A stretch of 64,000 bases of DNA from a bacterium (GTDB lineage: Bacteria; Electryoneota; JAOADG01). Below are positions 59,284-64,000 of the stretch, piece by piece. The DNA is taken from the NCBI GenBank assembly GCA_963681965.1, contig OY820579.1, positions 1,568,001 through 1,632,000 of the forward strand. The letters are read 5' to 3'. The translations under genes and the position numbers were made by a program. Position 1 is the stretch's first letter, and each line of letters begins with the position of its first letter. Under the pieces are notes generated by a model, which saw nothing but the letters and a program-made list of their open reading frames with translations, did no database searches and had not been told where the DNA came from.

Positions 59284-59620
59284 GCCGATACGGAGATCGG
59301 CAGTACTGCCCAACTCCGATTGGGCATCTTGTAATCTATTTCCATCTTTACCTATTGAAAAGAGAAAAGGATTAAAATACACAAGAGCCGATGCGGAGAT
59401 CGGCAGTACTGCCCAACTCCGATTAGGCATCTTGTAATCTTTTTCCATCTTTACCGATTGAAAAGAGAAAAGGATTAAAATACACAAGAGCCGATTCGGA
59501 GATCGGCAGTACTACCCAACTCAGATTGGGCATCTTGTAATCTTTTTCCATCTTTACCGATTGAAAAGAGAAAGGGATTAAAATACAAAAGAGCCGATTC
59601 GGAGATCGGCAGTACTACCT
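59284..59620. repeat. Tandem array of 103-bp REP-like units (3 full + 1 partial)
   Basis: Units start 59284, 59387, 59490, 59593; near-identical; each with paired hairpins around AGTACT. Confidence 0.93.
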
Positions 59621-59653
59621 CCGGTAATCCACAAAAATAGAGTCACAAAAGGC

Positions 59654-59676
59654 GGTCAGAATAAATTCTGACCTAC
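59654..59676 (-). repeat. Single REP-like palindrome
   Basis: Minus strand GTA-GGTCAGAAT-TT-ATTCTGACC (starts GTAG). Confidence 0.55.
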
Positions 59677-59723
59677 AGCAATAACATTTGGCAGCAACGG
59701 GGAATCGCCGTATAGAGAAATAA

Positions 59724-60455
59724 TTATTTCGATAGCACGATGTTGACGATTTCGGCGGAAATCTTTTTCGACCACTCGGCGGAGACGTGCATCGGTTTGA
59801 AACCGAATTTGCGCGTAGCGCCCGGCTTCAGCATCAGCGCCGGGTCGGGCTGTCCGACGACGCTGGTGGCGGCGACCGGAGAATAGGTGTCGGATGCAAT
59901 CGGATGTCCGGCGGCATTGAGGAAATTGATTTTGATTTCGACTTTCGCGAGCGCCTGTTTGCCGGTATTGCGAATTTCACCATAGACGCTCGGTTCGTCG
60001 TATCTCGATTGCTGTGCGCGGAGATTCAGAATCTTGATTTTGGGGACATAGGCTTTTTCGTCGGGTGTCATCTCGAGGCGCACGGAATCGACCTTTGCCG
60101 TGACGCCGTTCATGTTCATGGTCGAGAGATTTTTGATCATCGTGTTGGCTTTGGCGACCATCTTCTGGTCGATGTTGTACATGTAGTAACACGCGGCGAT
60201 GAGGCTCGGGACGAGGATCACGAAGCTGATTTTTTTGATCCGGACGATCGCCTCGATGAGTGCGGAGACAAGTGTCAGGATACCGATGGTGGCAGTGATT
60301 GCCATCAGGTAGATGAAGAATTTCGCGATGCCGGAGATCTCGCCGAAGTTCTGCGTAAAGGTCGAGCCGAAGCCGGACAGCAGGAACAGGATTAACTCGC
60401 CAGCGGTGGCGAGGATACAAATGATAAAAATCGTGACGCCGATGGATAGTTTCAT
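59724..60455 (-). CDS. Membrane protein with C-terminal FxLYD-like Ig domain
   Basis: Three N-terminal TM segments; VYGEIRNTG..VEIKINFLNAAG..I..LKPGAT..F. Confidence 0.65.
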   Translation of the reverse strand: MKLSIGVTIFIICILATAGELILFLLSGFGSTFTQNFGEISGIAKFFIYLMAITATIGILTLVSALIEAIVRIKKISFVILVPSLIAACYYMYNIDQKMVAKANTMIKNLSTMNMNGVTAKVDSVRLEMTPDEKAYVPKIKILNLRAQQSRYDEPSVYGEIRNTGKQALAKVEIKINFLNAAGHPIASDTYSPVAATSVVGQPDPALMLKPGATRKFGFKPMHVSAEWSKKISAEIVNIVLSK

Positions 60456-60568
60456 GGTGATCTCACGATGGTTGAGAAACGATAGGAAAGATATAAAATT
60501 GTTTAGAATTTTCTATGGAGGATCTAGAAAATAGCAAACAAAAAATAAGATCATTGAATTTTTGAAAA

Positions 60569-61288
60569 TTAGATTTCAATTTTACATTCAATTCCTAAAC
60601 TTGCAATACCTAAACCATTTAAAGCCCAAATACCCATCTGTTTTGCATAGTCACTTGCAGAAGGCTCAAAACTGGTTGTAATCCAGTATGCAAAAACAAC
60701 TGGCTTTAAAATGCTATCTTTGTAGAGAGGGTCTGATGGATTATTAATCCTGAAAATTGAACCGCCGACGAAAGTTCTTAATTCATTTAAACATACTTTA
60801 TTATCACTTCTTTTATTTTTTGCTTGACCGATTACAGAAATACTACACCAATCAGGCATAAATCTTGAAAGTTTAAATTTCTTTGCAGAGAAATCAACTC
60901 CTCCATCATTTTTGCCACCCACTGTAACAGCTTCGCCACCTAATTCCTGTAATATTTTTGTACAGAAAATTTCAAACTCTGTTGATGAAAGTTGATTAAT
61001 TTTGTTTAAATATTTACTTTCATTAGTATTATGTTTTGTGTAATATCCATCCTCATCTATGGAAAAGTCAGGATTTATTCCACTTTCCATACATTCGTCT
61101 CTCATTTCTTGTAATCGATTAATTATTTTTGGTAAAATTTTCTCAATATGTTCTAAACGCTCTTCGATTGAGCAATTGCAGGTTCTGGAAGATAGTTCAG
61201 CTTCAATGACAGAGGAGATTTTGTGAACACCGACATGCTCGATGTTACGAACCCACAGGGCAAATGTGTTTTCATTAGGAAGTGGCAT
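60569..61288 (-). CDS. Mrr-like restriction endonuclease (Mrr_cat, D..QxK)
   Basis: LSSTEFEIFC..IL, DGGVDF, IGQAK, ELRTFVG, ITTSFEPSA..YA. Confidence 0.85.
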   Translation of the reverse strand: MPLPNENTFALWVRNIEHVGVHKISSVIEAELSSRTCNCSIEERLEHIEKILPKIINRLQEMRDECMESGINPDFSIDEDGYYTKHNTNESKYLNKINQLSSTEFEIFCTKILQELGGEAVTVGGKNDGGVDFSAKKFKLSRFMPDWCSISVIGQAKNKRSDNKVCLNELRTFVGGSIFRINNPSDPLYKDSILKPVVFAYWITTSFEPSASDYAKQMGIWALNGLGIASLGIECKIEI

Positions 61289-61289
61289 T

Positions 61290-62393
61290 TTAATAATGAA
61301 GTTTGATGTTTGATTCTTCTATGGCAAGAATTCTTGATTTTAATTTTTCTAATACATCTTTCTGCTCTTCATTTAAATCCTTTACTATATCTACACTTAA
61401 TGTTGACAATATTTTCTCAGTACGAATTACTTCCATTAACCAGTCAGTTTTATGGAAAAGCTCTAGCATTGTTAAAGCGTTAGAAAGTGAACCATCTTTA
61501 CTTCTAAATTTGCTTAAGGCAGTTGGTTCACCAATTATTTTTGATAGTTCGCGGATGCTATGTGCAGTTGGTAATTTTTTCTCTTCTGAAAGTTGTCCAT
61601 TATCTTGTATCTCACCTAGAATCCAAGTAAAAAACTCATGTAATTTGTCTTTCTGTTTAAATTCTCGGGTTTCATCATCCCATTCAAGCCAATTTTTTAC
61701 TGAAGGTTGTTTAAAAACTTCTTCAAAATAACTGTAATGACTCGGTTCAACGAATTCTCCAAATTCTTCATCCTGTTTCATTTGTTCTAGGGCGTTGAAT
61801 GATCGCCATAAAAGATTCGCCGCCCGAGTTGATAACCCTAGACTTTGGGCAGCGATCTGTGGACTTTCTCCACGCTTTCTAAGTTCTGCAATAGTTCTAG
61901 CTTTTTGATAAGCACCCCATTCTCTTATACCTGAAACATGTCGTAATCCAGGAAGAATCCACCTAGAGTTCTCAGGTGCATCGTCTACTAATAGAAGTGC
62001 TTCAAAATTTGTATAATTACGGATTTGTTCATCACTAAGATCAGATCGACCTGTTTCATGCAATTCCATTAGCCATTTCAAAGCAGTAATTCTTCTATTT
62101 CCCTCAACAACTACATATTTATCTGTTGGATTTTTTCCCGCCCATTTTCTTACTACTAACCTATCCATTGGAAGAAACCCGAGATTATATATTGTATCTC
62201 GTAATTCTGCCACTTCAAACCGTTTGTCTTTCATTCGCTCAAATGTACTTGATTGAACTTTATCCTCTTCAAATCGACGCTCAGGTATTAAATCAAATTC
62301 TTGTCCTAATTCAGCGAATCGGGGATTATTAGGATCTAATAGTAATTTTTCTAAAGATAAATTGATTGGTTTTAAAAAACTCGTTAATAGCAT
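61290..62393 (-). CDS. ParB/Srx-like N-terminal domain protein with HTH
   Basis: LLLDPNNPRF, L.DTI...GF, YVVVEGNRRITALK, then SPQIAAQSLGLSTRAA helix-turn-helix; AAGGAG RBS. Confidence 0.82.
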   Translation of the reverse strand: MLLTSFLKPINLSLEKLLLDPNNPRFAELGQEFDLIPERRFEEDKVQSSTFERMKDKRFEVAELRDTIYNLGFLPMDRLVVRKWAGKNPTDKYVVVEGNRRITALKWLMELHETGRSDLSDEQIRNYTNFEALLLVDDAPENSRWILPGLRHVSGIREWGAYQKARTIAELRKRGESPQIAAQSLGLSTRAANLLWRSFNALEQMKQDEEFGEFVEPSHYSYFEEVFKQPSVKNWLEWDDETREFKQKDKLHEFFTWILGEIQDNGQLSEEKKLPTAHSIRELSKIIGEPTALSKFRSKDGSLSNALTMLELFHKTDWLMEVIRTEKILSTLSVDIVKDLNEEQKDVLEKLKSRILAIEESNIKLHY

Positions 62394-62629
62394 AACACAT
62401 CTCCTTAATAAATATTTACTAATATTGATTTAGTGTGAACTAATGAAAATATATACTTTATTGTTGTCAATCCAACTTAAAGTATAACTGGTTAAAAAAA
62501 TACTTTGTGAATATAGAAGTTTAATGTTGATTTAATATATTGCGATTAACATTCAAAGTCAACTTTTATTCAGATTACAGGCGCCCCTTTCGGAGCGCCT
62601 GTGGTTTGTGTACTGCCTGTCGGAAAAGA

Positions 62630-64000
62630 TTATTTCGGTGTGACGGTCACGTAAGTCTTGGTGTCGCCCCGCTGGATGCGGAACAGGATCGCTTCGGACT
62701 GATTCTTCAGTTCGCCGGTCACCTTCCGCCAGTCGGCAAGATTCTCGATCTTCTTGCGGTCGACTTCAATAATGACATCCCCTTCGCGCAAGCGATTGTC
62801 CGCCGGTGAATCGTCTTCAATGCGCGTGATGACCACGCCGTTATCGGCAGTGATGCGGAGCTGACGCGCGCGAGTCGATCCGGCTTCGGTCACTTCGATG
62901 CCGAGCCAATTCTTCTCATTGTCGCGGTCCTTCACCGTTCCTTTGCCCGACGCGGCAATGTACTCGCTACGGTCGCCAAGGATAATCTCATACTTCTTGG
63001 TGTCGCCGTCACGCCAAATATCGACCTTCAACTTGTCGCCGGGGAAATGATCGGCTACAAAGAGGCGGAACTGTGTCGGATCGGTAAAGGTCTTCCCTTC
63101 GATCCTGGTAATGACGTCGCCGCTGTGCAGCCCGGCTTTGTCGGCAGGGGTGTTTTCCTGCACGTTGTCAAGGAAGATACCGGTGACGCTCTTGGGCGCT
63201 TTCATCGCGGCGCGTTTCTCATCGTCGAATGCGGTCGGCACGAGTCCAAGATATCCGCGCTCAACTTTCCCCTTAGCGTGAAGTTGCGCCATCACACGCT
63301 GTGCAAGATTCGACGGGATGGCAAAGCCGATGCCCTGCCCCTGCGTATTGACGGCGGAATTGATGCCGACGACTTCGCCGTGGATGTTACAGAGTGGTCC
63401 GCCGGAATTGCCGAAATTGATCGATGCATCGGTCTGAATGAAGTCCTGAAACGACGGACCACCGCCGGCAATCGGGAGATTCGAACGTCCTTTCGCACTG
63501 ATGACGCCGACAGTGACTGTCCAATCGAGACCGAACGGGTTGCCGATCGCAATTGCCCACTCGCCGACGCGCAATTTCTCGCTGTCTGCCCACTTCGCCA
63601 CGCGGTCTTCCGGAAATGTCTCTTTCACTTTGATCAATGCGAGATCGGTTTCAGGATCGCGCCCGACAATTTCCGCCGATAGTTCGGTGTCGTCGGTGAA
63701 TTTAACGGTGATTTTATCTGCCTTCTCGACGACGTGATTGTTGGTCATGATCAAGCCGTCGGTACCGACGATGAAGCCGCTGCCGCCCGACTGTGTCTTC
63801 GGGGCTTTGCGCTTCTGCTTGTTCTGCGGGGTCTGCTCGTCGTCAAACGGGTTGAACGGATCGAATAAATTAAAGGGGTGGAAGTCCATCAACGGTTCTT
63901 CGGAGCCTTTTTTCTCGACCTGAATATTGACGACAATTGGTTTCATTTTTTCGGCAATCGCGACAAACGGCGATTCGCCATTGGCAATTATGTTCGACGC
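62630..64000 (-). CDS. htrA: HtrA/DegP serine protease with two PDZ domains (5' end outside window)
   Basis: GSGFIV..TNNHVV, DLAL, IQTDASINFGNSGGPL, two PDZ domains; frame stays open to 64000 (ASNIIANGESPFVAIAEK). Confidence 0.93.
   Translation of the reverse strand, partial: ASNIIANGESPFVAIAEKMKPIVVNIQVEKKGSEEPLMDFHPFNLFDPFNPFDDEQTPQNKQKRKAPKTQSGGSGFIVGTDGLIMTNNHVVEKADKITVKFTDDTELSAEIVGRDPETDLALIKVKETFPEDRVAKWADSEKLRVGEWAIAIGNPFGLDWTVTVGVISAKGRSNLPIAGGGPSFQDFIQTDASINFGNSGGPLCNIHGEVVGINSAVNTQGQGIGFAIPSNLAQRVMAQLHAKGKVERGYLGLVPTAFDDEKRAAMKAPKSVTGIFLDNVQENTPADKAGLHSGDVITRIEGKTFTDPTQFRLFVADHFPGDKLKVDIWRDGDTKKYEIILGDRSEYIAASGKGTVKDRDNEKNWLGIEVTEAGSTRARQLRITADNGVVITRIEDDSPADNRLREGDVIIEVDRKKIENLADWRKVTGELKNQSEAILFRIQRGDTKTYVTVTPK

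Larger units (their letters stand above)
60470..62575. other. AT-rich genomic islet
   Basis: Abrupt visible switch to AT-rich sequence between two GC-rich genes (GC not computed). Confidence 0.8.

Noticed and set aside
59284-59620. CRISPR array
   Set aside because: Intervening segments are near-identical rather than unique spacers, and no cas genes are present.
58469-60395. ORFs 58469-59233, 58959-59345, 59131-59487, 59237-59437, 59787-60395
   Set aside because: Antisense shadows of GC-rich genes or translations of the tandem repeat.
61290-62393. Chromosome or plasmid partition ParB
   Set aside because: No adjacent parA or recognisable parS; divergent sequence, AT-rich and coupled to a nuclease.
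62577-62602. htrA intrinsic terminator
   Set aside because: Hairpin ACAGGCGC..GCGCCTGT exists but lacks a U-tract on the minus strand; left uncalled, though it marks the islet boundary.

Overview
Bacterial chromosomal window (standard code 11; a secreted protein with a T9SS/FlgD-type C-terminal domain suggests an FCB-group lineage, inference only). In order: an EmrAB-TolC-RND efflux operon with a YgiD-like dioxygenase; a hybrid sensor kinase; fabH; a YgiB/YgiC-like ATP-grasp locus; metal/CDF genes; a secreted Omp28/thioredoxin-fold protein split by an in-frame TGA at the first Cys of its CxxC motif (probable 728-aa selenoprotein, U-P-Y-C); a psrABC-yeeE-yeeE-rhodanese operon with divergent mobA; rpsA; a ~15.6 kb cluster with all seven shikimate steps plus the classical menaquinone pathway, including an AroQ-thioesterase fusion; threonine dehydrogenase; a 1947-aa SBBP-repeat secreted protein; rluD; a structured 103-bp REP-like tandem array; an AT-rich two-gene ParB-like + Mrr-like nuclease islet (candidate defence system); and the 3' part of htrA/degP. 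No rRNA, tRNA, CRISPR, transposase or integrase was recognised. All calls come from motif recognition by eye; no searches were run.
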